DNA of 64,000 nt from Basidiobolus meristosporus CBS 931.73 (taxonomy: Eukaryota > Fungi > Basidiobolomycota): NCBI GenBank assembly GCA_002104905.1, contig MCFE01000417.1:1-64000 (forward strand), given 5' to 3'. The notes under the pieces were generated by a model, which was not told the origin of the DNA, ran no database searches, and saw only the letters and a list, made by a program, of their open reading frames with translations. This document shows, in pieces, positions 40,301 to 52,185 of the stretch. A program made the position numbers and the translations under genes. Numbering within the stretch: position 1 is the first letter of the stretch; every line of letters starts with the position of its first letter.

Positions 40301-41716
40301 ACTCTGTGCTAAAAATATGCCAAGAATGTCCTGGAAGGTTCCAAATGGCACAGCACATCCAACCAATCAGGAATCAGTAGTCTGAAACCTGTGCAACATA
40401 GAAATACCATATATGGTATTGAAATGGTAGGGATGGTAACACAGACCTAGGTCATGTGTCACGGGTACTGACGCAGGTACTTGCCTTATGTAGATACATA
40501 TAATGATCACAAAGCTGAATAACATCTAGGATAACTAATGTTAATAACTAATCAGGGTAAACATCATATGGGGATAATACTGATAATATGGGCAAAAGAA
40601 GAATGGGATAATACTGATAAGATAAAATATGGATAAGTATATCATAATGACTATATGAATAAACTTGTCTGTGGGAGGTATGTTTACCTTACCACAATGC
40701 TAACCCCCTAACAACATACAATATGTTAAGAAAGATGTTTTATTGGAAAAAAATGATGACCAACATTGTGAATACGCTACAAAGATGCTCCACCTGCAAA
40801 AGATTTAACTAGAGCCAGAAGATAGGGACAACCACACCAATACCGCTTGACCAACCCTTCCACTGGGTAGGGATCAACTTTGTTGGCCCCTTTATGAAAA
40901 CAAAGAAAGGAGAACAATACATAATAATTGCTACCAATTATTTCTCAAAGTGGGTAGTAGCCCAAGCCGTCCAAAATAAAGACCAGAAGACAACCACCCA
41001 ATTCATTCAAGAACACCTCATCTGCCAACACAGATATCCTCAGATACTCTTGTCCAACAATGGTGGCTCCTTCCTGAACAACACTGTGGCCCATTTGTGC
41101 AAAATGATGGGCGTGAAACAGGTCTTCAAGGCTGCTTATCATCCCCAGACCAACGGATTAACCAAGAGGATGGACCAGACATGTTGCTGCATACTAGAGA
41201 AGCTCCACTGGGAACTTCCCCAATCATGGGCCAAACTACTCCCACTGACACTCCTAGCAATGCGTACAATACCAAATAAAATGACAGGTTTCTCCCTGTA
41301 CAAAGTTCTGTATGGACAAAGGCCCAAGTGGCGTGAAGAAGCTGGATTGACAATGGAAGGTGTCCCCTTATTAACACATAAACTATGTAGAAAGGTTGAT
41401 ACACCATATTGCCCACCTATACATAAAAGTATTCAAAAATGTTAACAAGCACCTTCCCCCTCTGCCCAAAAGTGAGAAACTAATGGGACAAAAGTGGAAA
41501 CCAGGCAATAAAGTATGGTACAATCAAACTGTTGCAGGCCTCAAGTTTTGCCCGCAATTTACACCCCAATGGATTGGCCCTTGCACTGTCATTAGTTTGG
41601 ACCACAGGCCAAAGTACACCATCACCCTGAACAATAAGACAATCAGCAACGTAGCGCTTGCCCATCTGAAACCATTTCATGATGATCCACCAATCATCAC
41701 TGGAACCAAAGTGTGA
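37319..41716 (+). pseudogene. gypsy-2 pol (PR-RT-RNaseH-IN), stops/frameshifts, split by a solo LTR
   Basis: ORF fragments 37319-38761, 38780-39421, 40894-41445, 41396-41716. Confidence 0.92.
39877..40713. repeat. Solo LTR-like insertion, 837 bp, in the gypsy-2 integrase zinc-finger region
   Basis: TGTAATT...CTAACA flanked by ACATA/ACATA; integrase resumes as TYNMLRKMFYWKKM..RCSTC. Confidence 0.75.
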
Positions 41717-43048
41717 TTAAACAATTATCAGGACAAGGATAGAGGAAGACACGGGATACATACAAAGTTTATTAGAGGAGATTTTAGCTGATATAGGTAC
41801 AAATGATATGTGCAAGGAAGTTTGCCCAAAGGGGAGAACAAAAGAATGCATATGGAATATGCCAGTGACAACAGTTCACCCAAAACTGGCAATACCCCTC
41901 CCACCAGCAAGAACCAAGATGATATCAAAAACAAAACCAACCTGCAAGTGTTGAGAGATGTTGTACAAGCATTACGTGCAACAAGAGCCACCTATGAAGA
42001 GTTGTTTGCTGGAGCAGTCACGTTGATACAAGACACAATCAGAGAGGGACAAGACAAGTTACCCATGCCAATACAAAGCATGGAGATACTACCCAAGAAG
42101 ACCATGTACCACCTAAGAGGAGGTTCCTTGATCATTAAGGAGAAGGATGCTGCACTGATTCCTGTATCCATACTGAACACAGTCAGACAGAAGACACAAG
42201 GAATCAACTGTTGCGCCCTCACAAGACCTCAAGAGCCCCCTTGTTTTGTTGCATACTTGCCATTAATAGGTACCATGGTTGTTGAGGTGTATGCAGACCT
42301 GGTACAAGCCACAAGAGCACCAGAAGTAGAACTCCCAATTGAAGGACTCCTCTAAGAAATTTGCAAATATCTTGAACCGCATTTCCAAGAAGGAACCATC
42401 TTAGAGAAGATATGCAAACAGATTAAATACAGCAGCCAGTTAATCCATGCAATCCACCAAGTTGCTGTGTTACAGCTATTACAGTGGTTTACCATAGGAC
42501 AACTCAGGAACCAGTACAAAGTCCAACTCCAAGAAGCCAAAGAAACCACGGTGGACTCTGTAGAAACCATGAGGCAAGTACAAAAGAGCCTCAATCATGC
42601 CACAGTTTCTACGGAAGAACTACAATACGTCTTGGAAGAAGCAAAAACTTGTTATCAACAACAGGTGACTGCCAACCAAGTGTACACCCTCTTCAAAAGG
42701 TCCCCTGCCATCATATTGAACTCAAAAAGGACAAGCCCCAACAATGTTTGCAAGATAAAGAAGCAAGTATTTATCACACTATTGCACCTTTCCTTGTTCT
42801 CCAACCCTCCTGAGTAACTTACCCAGAGCCCTATGGTTTGGCAACTATTTGGCTCTGTAGAAAACATCCCTCAAGCAATGCAAGCCGCACCCCACTCTGC
42901 TGCCAAATGGTATCAGGTATTTGCCCGCAAACCCCTGCAAGTGACAACCAGCAATGGTACTATGGCAACTCCCTACGGTCTGTGAACAAAATTGACCCTG
43001 GAGAAGCAAGTTAGTCAAAAGAACTTTGAGGACAAAGCTCCCTCTTAA
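41717..43048 (+). pseudogene. Extra reading frame of gypsy-2 (~443 codons) between integrase and 3' LTR, function unknown
   Basis: ORFs 41810-42355 and 42467-42817 and the intervening/following codons share one frame with the pol C-terminus; interrupted only by TGA/TAA stops. Confidence 0.75.
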
Positions 43049-44242
43049 CCCCTGGGATATGTGAGTACTGAATGCAGTACCCACTCTTTGCCCAAAAGTT
43101 CTCCCCAGAGTCCTACCCAAAGTCCCCCAGTATCCTCCCTATGATTCCCCCACACACCCTCCCTCCTATCCCTACCCTTATCTAGTTAGAGCACTTACCA
43201 TAACAGGAAGGTGTTCACACCTCTATTTTATAACACATTGTCTATTATCTAAGCCTCCCAAGTGATACATATATGTACCCAATTGAACCAAGACAAGGGA
43301 TTTTGGGACAGAATAAACACAAGTCTTGATTACCTTGCTACCTTCTATTGGAAGCTATTCTGAACCAAGTGGTACTGACTTGACCTGCAAGCTCTCCCAC
43401 TCACCCGGTACAGTCAGTAATAACCCACAGTTGGTACACCCACAGATTCTGTTTCATCTACCAGCAGGGTAATTCTGTTAATTAGATTTTGCATTTCTTC
43501 ACCTGGCAGCATCTTTGTAGTAAAGAATTTTCATCTCAGATACATCTTCTTAGCAGCTGAACATGACTGGTAGGTGTCTTCTAATGCCTTCCAGGCATTC
43601 TTTGCTGTTTTTACTCTTGAGCATTGAATTGGTAATTTATCCTTAATATTAAGGCAAATGCAGTTAAAGGCACTTTGTTCTTTCTTCTGGTACTTTAAGG
43701 CTTCCTCTCCCACATTTTTAGGAGGGCATTCTTCTCCCATGACAATATCCCACAGGCCTCTTTCTTGTAGCAGCATCTTCATCTTCACCTTGCACAATTG
43801 GTAGTTAGATCCATCCAACTTTTCAGCAGAGGGAAAAATTCCAGTAATAGCAGTAGTAGACATTGCAGAGAGTGAAAATTTGGGGCTCATTACCTGTTGT
43901 AGGAGTTTTGGAGATATTGGAAGTGATTGGGGGAACAAGTAGATTATGTGGTTTTCACTTAATGATTTATTGAATAAAAAGTAGTATTTATACTTTTACC
44001 TGGTCTTAGTAAAGCAAACACATAGAATAGATTAAGAAAGGTCCCAAGAACATGTGTGCAAAGTTTGGGGCAGTTTGGACAACTTTGAGAATTTTCATGT
44101 TCTGGATACCTGTTATTTTGGTGAAAATATTCTAAATAAATCCCAATAAGGAATTTGATCAGTATTCTCTAGGACTTGAGGATAATGCTCTAAGTGACTA
44201 AGTTAGGTGAATATTTAGGTGGAATTATGAATTTTTACAACA

Positions 44243-45596
44243 ACACCAATATAAGGTATATGGCAAATTTGCAAGTATCACACACAAAAGCTGTAAAGTT
44301 GAGGTGATAGAAGTGTTGTGCATCAACATTTAATACTTGGCCAACTTCACTCTGTTAGAAAACCTAGTACCCTAACTGATTTTCCCTAACCCAAACATAA
44401 CTAATCCCTGTTATGGTTTATTTTATCACTTCTCAGAATCTATTTTTAGCTGTCACACCTGATCAATTTTCATGTGGTCCTTACATATGCAACTAATCTG
44501 CTAAGCCTTTCCAAGTGATTAGTCATCTGAGATTTATCCAACCACTTAGCACTTGCCAAGACATCAGCTGATTAATGATGCAATTTTTCATTTATCTTAT
44601 GCACCTATCAACACCCCAACAGATTTCAATTAGTCCAGTCTCTTGACACTTACTAATGCAACTCAATCAGAAAAGTATAAATAAAGTTTACTGAACCTTT
44701 TGGCTTAGTGTGTGTCTCAACAAAATTGAAATTGTGCTTCAGCAAAATTAAGAATTCAACAATTCCGTTCTAGTTTCCACCCAAGCCTAGCACATCTAGC
44801 ATTCCAAAGAACACCAAGCTTAGCCTGTATAGCAAACCAACTTTGTTGCCTTTATAGCCCAACTCAACTATATACAAAACCAATATTAGACCAGAACTAC
44901 TCTGCTAATATTTCTGTCACCCTTGTCAATTCTAAGATTCTGCACTTAGTTATCACTTAGGTTCAGTTAACTCATTCAAGAGTTTTATTGCACTTTTCTC
45001 TTGGATACAACAAGTATGTCAATTAAGGCAGGTGTGTGCGTTTGTAGAGGTTAGTAAGCAGGAGGCCATAGTTTTTTTTATTTGAATTATATGTGGAATA
45101 TCCAATGTAGTAGTGGTTAGGCAAATAAAGAGCAGTAACTCTACAATGGAATATATGAATTGTGCAAGGGGAGGTAGAAAAAGGAAATGTCATTTGGTAA
45201 ATAGGTATGGTAGTATTATACAGAACTAGCTGTAGGCTGCCATACTGATTTGATAATGCTGTCAGAGGCTTGCAATGAGGCCATCAAAACACTGTCAAGT
45301 CCTTTGCAATAAAAGGCAACTGGATGTGCTGGCTGGTCAGATCCACTCAAGTAGCTGTAGAGCACATTAATACCACAACAATGTCATGCAACCCTTGGCA
45401 AAACACCCCCTAAGCACTGTTGTGATTTTTTCTTTATTTGGAGGTAAAATCAGCCAAACACTGTTGTGATCCCATCAGAAGATTGTGTAGAAGGTAATTA
45501 ATTCCAAGCTGCCAGTGTTGCCATGTTCTCCTGACAGAATCCTGATGGCCAATTTGGATTGGATCCACCTGCGGAACCAAATTATTTTTCATAGGG
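44243..45596 (-). mobile_element. EnSpm-like left-terminal fragment with nested solo LTR
   Basis: ...TTATTTTTCATAGGG at 45596; TGATCCCATCA at 45467; homologous to 9055-9545 and 47050-47684. Confidence 0.75.
44314..45012. repeat. Solo LTR, 699 bp, same family as 10680-11378
   Basis: TGTTGTGCATC...GATACAACA; same length and collinear; TSD not conserved. Confidence 0.85.
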
Positions 45597-47049
45597 GAGG
45601 CTGTAAGTAGCCAGTCATGCCCTCATCTAAAGGCATCCACACCAGGGACCATCAGGAACTCAAGGCCTAGCAGAATGCACTTGGCCTATTTCACAATCAC
45701 CAACCTGAATTCAAGCATGCATATGGATTTTGGCCATCATTGGCATGCTAAAAAAATCTATAAACAATAGTAGATACTGTCTAAGGTAGAAGAATAATGG
45801 TGTCATGGCTAAAAGCCAGCAGCTTGCTAAAGTGTCCATCACAACAAGGCTGAAAGCCCTTAGCAGGCCACAAAGAAACTTTGGATAGCTGGAGGAGTGC
45901 TATTAAGGGACAAGTAGGCAGAAACAGATGCACCTGTGCATCATTTATGAAGGAAAAGAATATTCCAATACAAGGGCTTTCAGCTCAAGTAACAGTGAAG
46001 GGCCTAATAGTAATAAAGGTTAAGGTAGGGAAAGGGAAAGGAAAAGAGTCTACCAAAGCTGTAGACAGAGATGTGTGAGAAAAAAACTGCAGTTGCCATC
46101 AATCAATGCCATCAACCTTCAGCAGTATAATACTCATAATAGTCAAGAGGAGCAACTAGCAAGACAACAGCTATTTTCACAAGAGTTGGAAGCACTGCCT
46201 ATTGAGCTGCATGCCAGTGGGGTAGATGAGGTTGCAGAGAAGGCTATTTTATCTTCTACAACCTCCATGTCCTCCACTGCAGACAGAGTGAAGCTCCCAT
46301 TGACAGGCAGAGCAACAACATCAAGTAGCCAGAGGACTATCAAAACGCCTACAGGGAAGTTTTGGAACATGAACAGGCACACCTAAAGGTTGCAACACTA
46401 CTTCAAGAGCAGTGCTTGAGAAAATACAAAAGATTATTGCAAGGATTTGTTGCAAATACTAGTGGATGAGGTGCTACACCTTACAGTGTTATTGGATAAT
46501 TACCACATATGGTAGCCAGTAAGAAATAATAGGTCTTGAGCTGTAGGGCTTCTGCCCAAGTCATGGGCATAGTGTTTTATGGCAGAGAAATATATACTGA
46601 ATGGTGGATTTCAATGAAGTTGCTTGTTGATTGTGAGGCTGGGCTTGATGTTAGTGTGAGGTATAGGAATTTGCATAGGTTGATACAATCAACACTTGAC
46701 TTATAACCACAGAATGAATGGAATTAAATCAATTTGTGTGCATGAAAAGTAAGAGCATTGACTGAGTCAGGAAGTAAGTGTGAAAATATGGCTGTAGCCA
46801 ATCAATGTACACATATGTAGGCAATAATTGAGTGTCTGGGATCAAAAAGTAAGAGATTTGATGGAGACCCAATCAAAACCAACTTGGGGATTGGTATGAT
46901 GAGAAATTTGACTGGTTTTTTGTGATATCTGAGATCAATTATTCCCAATGATTTTGCACAATGTTGTAGTGCATCAATAGCCCTTAGTCATGGGATTTAA
47001 ATTTTGTGATGGCCTTTTGACTTTATTGTCTAAATTATTCTATATAGAG
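45597..47049 (+). mobile_element. EnSpm-like ORF-X 3' part and degenerate right terminus
   Basis: Collinear with ~930-1200 plus 5887-7278; ends CTATATAGAG (decayed TCATAGGG). Confidence 0.7.
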
Positions 47050-47684
47050 TATGTGTTACCAGGAATACAAGGCATATGGCATCTTTGTAAGTAGCCCACT
47101 GAAGAGCCATAAAGCTGAGGCAATAACAGTGTGTTAGTTTCCATAGGTATGTATATTTGTAGGTTGGTATGTAGGAGGCCAGAGCTTATATTTTGACTCA
47201 AACTAAATGTATAAGCAAATAAAAAGGCATGATTCTACTGTGGGATAAATATATGGCACAAGGGGAGGTAGAAAAAAGGGTACCATTTGGTAAATTGGTA
47301 TGGTAGTATTATACAGACTAGCTGTAGGCTGCCATACTATTGTAATAATGCCAACAGAGGTGTGAATAAAGGCCACCAAAGCATTGTCAACTTCTTGTCA
47401 TATAAGGCAACTACAGGTTTGGCTGTCTAGGTCCACTCAGACAAGCAAAACTACATTATGACTACCTCATTATTGTGCAAACCTTGCACAAAAACTCTAT
47501 AAACATCATCAAGTTTATTACCACATATGGCAGTTAAGACAGTAAAATACTGTCACAATCCCATGTAAACATTATGAAGGGGTTAAGAATACCAAGCTGC
47601 TTGCATTATGATGGCCTTATTGTGGAATCCTGATGGCTGGTCTGGATTTGATCCATGTGCAAGACCAAATTATTCTTCATAGGG
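47050..47684 (-). mobile_element. EnSpm-like left-terminal fragment
   Basis: ...TATTCTTCATAGGG at 47684; homologous to 44243-45596. Confidence 0.75.
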
Positions 47685-48744
47685 AGCTGGCACAGTGACA
47701 TTGTACAGGAGAAGTGGTTGGCAGCTGTAAAGCCATTGTAGTTGGGGAAAAGCCTATCAAATGGCTGTCAGCATGCCACCAGGTTTCCAACCATAACAGA
47801 CAATCTGGTTGTATTAGTTGGCTGAATGCTTCTAGAATAACATTGGGATCACATCAAATGCCAACCCAGAAGGGTTGGAACTCCAATGTTATATAGCTGT
47901 AGCAGTGTTGTAATAGAATGTTGATGGCTAATCTAGATAAGATACATCTTTAAGACCAAGTCATTCTTCCTACAATGATCAAAATTAAGAGATTGATGTT
48001 GAACAAATATCAAGCTACTTGCATAACTGGTCGAAGCCACACCACCTGGTTGGCCAGATAGGTTATTGCTCAATGATCAGTTACAGAAATCAGCTTCCAG
48101 ACTGATCAACTGCAAAGACATGAATGCACAATATTACCAGTGAATGTGGATTGGTTGCTTATAAAGCCCCTTCCGTGTATCCTTTGCATCAATTACAATT
48201 GTTGGAAGCCAATACTGACAGAACGGGAGCATACTGTGAAAGGAGAGGGCTTTGCAAAACGGAGGAGTCCCGTGATGGCTGGATTTAGTTAAGATTCATG
48301 TGTACCGAGAGTAAGTATGCGATGACAAGATTTCGGCCTTCAAACAATGATCTTCATTCCCCTTGCATATGTGCCGACTTGTTAACTTCGCTCTGGCTGT
48401 CATAGATCAGTAAAATCTAAAGCCAGGTAGTCCCTCCGCGTGGAATCGGCGCAGGCGACCCCCTCTCCCCAAATACAGCCGGATCGACCAACAAAGATCC
48501 ATCCTACCAAAAATCCATTGCCGGCCACCCAGGGCCGCAGTATTTACATCATGTGGTGAGGATCAATCAAATCGCAGAGCGAAAACAATGGAATAACAGT
48601 CATCCTGGAAATATGTACACAAAGAAATTAGCCGACCCACAGATCAACCTACCTCCAGGGGGATTTCCCAACCGTATATTCCTCCCACCTGCTTTCATAT
48701 CCTTTCACCGTTGATTTCCGCACAACAGTGTTTCTACCGCCCAG

Positions 48745-51700
48745 ATGAAGGCACAACAAACCATAGGGTATGTGTAGGATACCCCGAGCGGAGCCTCTTT
48801 GGCTCTGCGCGCGCGGCGTTCTCCACTCCACTTGACTCGAACCCGACCCACTGACCTCCCCTTTCCCTCTAGATCTTTTTTCAATAAATTACCTTCCGGT
48901 AGCAGTGCTCACTCCACTCACTCCACCGAAAAAACCAAAAAGCAGACCAAGCTGAATTTTGGCGCCAAGACCACGTCCACGTCCGCGTCCAAAACAAAGC
49001 CCAAGGCCACCCAAGAGCCCAAGCCTGAGACCTCGTCCCCTACCCAAGTGGAACCGGCGGAAAAGATCTCCCCCAAGCCCGATCCAGAACTCGCCCCTGA
49101 GCCTTCCACGGAGCAGACCCCGGACTCTCCGCCTGCACCTTCCACAAAACGCAGAAGATTGAGGCGTAGAAACTCGGGAAGTACCGAGGAACCACCGGTA
49201 AAAACGAGCGGTGGGGAACAAGTGCAACCCAAACGAAAGATCAAAAAGATCGCTTTGGAAAGCGACGAGGAGAGCTCCGTGGTCGAGACGAAAGAAACCG
49301 CAAGTGAGGCTGGGGAACCCGAGGAGTCCGACAAGAACTCCGTAGACGAGGAGAAGAAGGAGATCGCGAAAGAGGAGGCCAAGGAAAAGGCCGCCAAGGT
49401 GGTGGAGAAAAAGGCGGCGAAAAAGTAAGTGAGCCCGAAGCCGAACCCGGCAGCGGCAGCTGGTGGGGATTCTATTAACCTTGGGATGACTTTTAGTGCG
49501 GCCAAATCGGCTGACCGCGTTCGTAGCGACATCGGGGAGGCCACCTGGAAGAAAGGAGAAGAGTACGTAGCTCATGTTAGTCCTGGACGTACCTGGGGTT
49601 GTTTGCTGACCCTGGCTGGTTTCTAGCGTTCCTTACTCCGCGCTTTGCAAGGCTTTCGAAGCGATCGAAGCCACAACCAAAAGGTAAGAAACCGCTTGGA
49701 TGGTACTGATTCGGCCGGACCGTTACTAAACTGACGCGTAGACTGATCATTCTGGATTACTTGACGAGTTTCCTACGAAATGTAATCGACACTACTCCCG
49801 AGAACCTGCTTGAGGTCGTTTACCTGTGCATTAACCGGGTACGTGACCACCAACCCGCCATGTGATTTGCCAGCGAGCAGCCCGTCTAACTCTACCCTAG
49901 CTGTGTCCGCAATACGACGGCCTTGAGCTGGGCATCGGAGAAACCATTCTGATGAAGGCAGTCGCCAGTGCTACGGGGAGAGCCCTCAGCAAAGTGAAGG
50001 CAGACGTCGAACAGCATGGGGACTTAGGCCTTGTTGCCCAAGTAAGTATCTTCCGGGTGATTCCTGCGCAGCCTCGGCTAACCGACTTGTTCACAAAGGC
50101 CAGTAGAAGCAACCAGCCCACCATGTTCGCCCCAAAGCCGCTGACCGTGACGAAGGTGTTCAAAACTCTGAAAGAGATCGCCTCCACGACGGGTGGATCG
50201 GTAAGGAAACGCACGAATGGTGGAGAAGCCCAACCTGTACTGAACGAAATTCGATCGATTAGAGCATGCAGCGTAAAATCGATAAAATCAGCTTCTTGCT
50301 GGTGTCCTGCAAGGGGAGTGAGGCGAAGTATTTGACAAGGTAAGCACGCCGGCTCGACAGCCATCCCATCGTCCGCATACCTAACATGATCGTGTACCAC
50401 CAGGTCGTTGGAAGGCAAACTACGCATCGGTCTAGCGGAGCAAACCGTCTTGGTTGCGTTGGCCCACTCCATAGTCCTGAGCAAGGAAGGGCCTTCGTTG
50501 AGCAAGGAGCAGCTGGAAACCAAGCTGACGGAAGCCACTGGAATCATCAAGAGTGTATACAGGTACGAGGGTTCGACGACACGTGGCGGCCTTTACTGAC
50601 GGACCCGTTGGACATCTAGCGAACTACCATCGTACGACCTGATCATCCCGAAGCTACTTGAGCACGGAGTGGAGCAACTGCACGAGCACTGCAAACTCAC
50701 TGCCGGCATCCCGGTGAAGCCAATGCTGGCCCATCCAACCAAATCTCTGACCGAGGTTCTCAATCGATTCGAGGGCCACGTGTTCACGTGCGAGTTCAAA
50801 TACGACGGCGAGCGAGCACAGATCCATCAGATGGGTGATGGGGAGATCATGGTGTTCAGTCGAAACTCGGAAAACATGTCGGCGAAATACCCGGACATTC
50901 TGGACAAGCTGAGCAAGGCCGCCAAACCGGACACCAAGAGCTTCATCCTTGACTGCGAGGCGGTGGCGTGGGATCGCGAGAAAAAGACGATCCTGCCGTT
51001 CCAAGTGCTGAGCACGAGGAAAAGGAAAGACGTCAAGGAGGAGGATATCAAGGTCCAGGTGTGCGTCTTCGCGTTCGACCTGCTGTTTCTCAACGGAAGG
51101 GTATGTCTTGTCTGATGGACCTGAATCGGTTGCCACCTCTAACCCCACTCCCCAGTCTTTGCTGCAGGAGCCGCTGGTCGAACGCCGAAAGCTTTTGCAC
51201 GACTCATTCACCATCGTGGAAGGAGACTTCACCTTTGCCAAGGCCATGACCACCAACAGTGTCGAGGAGATCCAGACGTTCTTGGATGAGAGTGTAGCAG
51301 GTAGGTTGGCCGCCATCTTTGCCACGCATGGGGCCGCCGCTCACGTCTTCTTGTAGGCTTCTGCGAGGGCCTGATGGTCAAGACACTGGAAGGCACCGAA
51401 GCATCGTATGAGCCCTCGAAGCGCTCACGCAACTGGCTGAAGGTCAAGAAGGACTACATCTCCGGAATAGGGGACTCGTTGGACTTGGTTGTGATCGGCG
51501 CTTACCAAGGCCGTGGAAAACGTACCGGGGTGTATGGTGGCTATTTACTCGCCTGCTACGACCCAGACCGCGAAGAATACCAGAGTATATGCAAGGTAGG
51601 GCGCGCGACCATTCGCAACCCCGGCCAACACCTACTAACGCAACTTGCAACAAGATCGGCACCGGATTCTCGGAAGCCAACCTGGAGACCCATCACAAGT

Positions 51701-52185
51701 TCCTTCAGGAGCACATCATCCCCGGGCCCAAGAAATATTACTCCTATGGCGAGGGCACCAAGCCCGACGTCTGGTTCGCCCCGGTTCAGGTATGTGGAGA
51801 GTCGGTGGGCGTTGAATGAGAGTTCATACTAAGCCCACGTAAGGTATGGGAGGTCAAGGCAGCCGATCTAAGTGTGTCGCCGGTATACAAGGCCGCGGTC
51901 GGAATAGTAAGTCCATCTTAGCACGCACCGTCCTAGCTAGTATCGTAACCAGTTACTGTCCCAGGTGGATAACTCGAAGGGCATATCACTGCGTTTCCCC
52001 AGATTCATCCGCGTTCGAGAGGACAAGAGCCCAGAAGAAGCTACGGCCAGTGACCAGGTAACCCGCATTGCATTCCATCGTGGCCCGACCGCGACTGACC
52101 CTTCGTCCACCAGGTAGCAGAAATGTACAATAGTCAGAAGATTAATGCGGGCGAGGCCGGGAACGGGGATGATTTTGAATATTAG
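48745..52185 (+). CDS. CDC9: DNA ligase I (multi-exon)
   Basis: Spliced N-terminus MKAQQTIG|SFF (PIP box); motif [13 protein letters not shown]; [11 protein letters not shown]; IIIa [10 protein letters not shown]; IV EGLMVK; V WLKVKKDY; [16 protein letters not shown]; GT..AG introns; stop TAG 52183-52185. Confidence 0.97.

Larger units (their letters stand above)
35885..43429 (+). mobile_element. Ty3/gypsy LTR retrotransposon gypsy-2, full-length, decayed, 7.5 kb
   Basis: 370-bp LTRs at 35885-36254 and 43060-43429; perfect 5-bp TSD GTTGG; PBS TGGTGCCGTC; protease LIDTGSS; RT PWASPVVIVPKK..CINYQKLN, YLNN; integrase GINFVGP, SNNGGSF. Confidence 0.96.
33030..44242 (-). mobile_element. copia-1b, second copia-1 copy with ~1-kb RT deletion; gag interrupted by gypsy-2
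   Basis: Left-truncated 3' LTR ~33030-33339; 5' LTR 43895-44242; PBS variant GGTAATGAGCCCC; internal sequence collinear with copia-1a; gag rejoins across 35885-43429. Confidence 0.93.

Noticed and set aside
41717-43048. env gene in gypsy-2
   Set aside because: No signal peptide, furin site or TM helix seen; kept as an unknown extra ORF
44309-45017. TSD for the solo LTR at 44314-45012
   Set aside because: Flanks AGAAG and AGTAT match at only 3 of 5 positions
48600-48745. Upstream in-frame ATG for a mitochondrial ligase isoform, as in yeast CDC9
   Set aside because: In-frame TGA at 48712; no such ATG without unproven splicing
48889-49575. Long minus-strand ORFs (228 and 208 aa)
   Set aside because: Antisense shadows of the low-complexity exon of DNA ligase I
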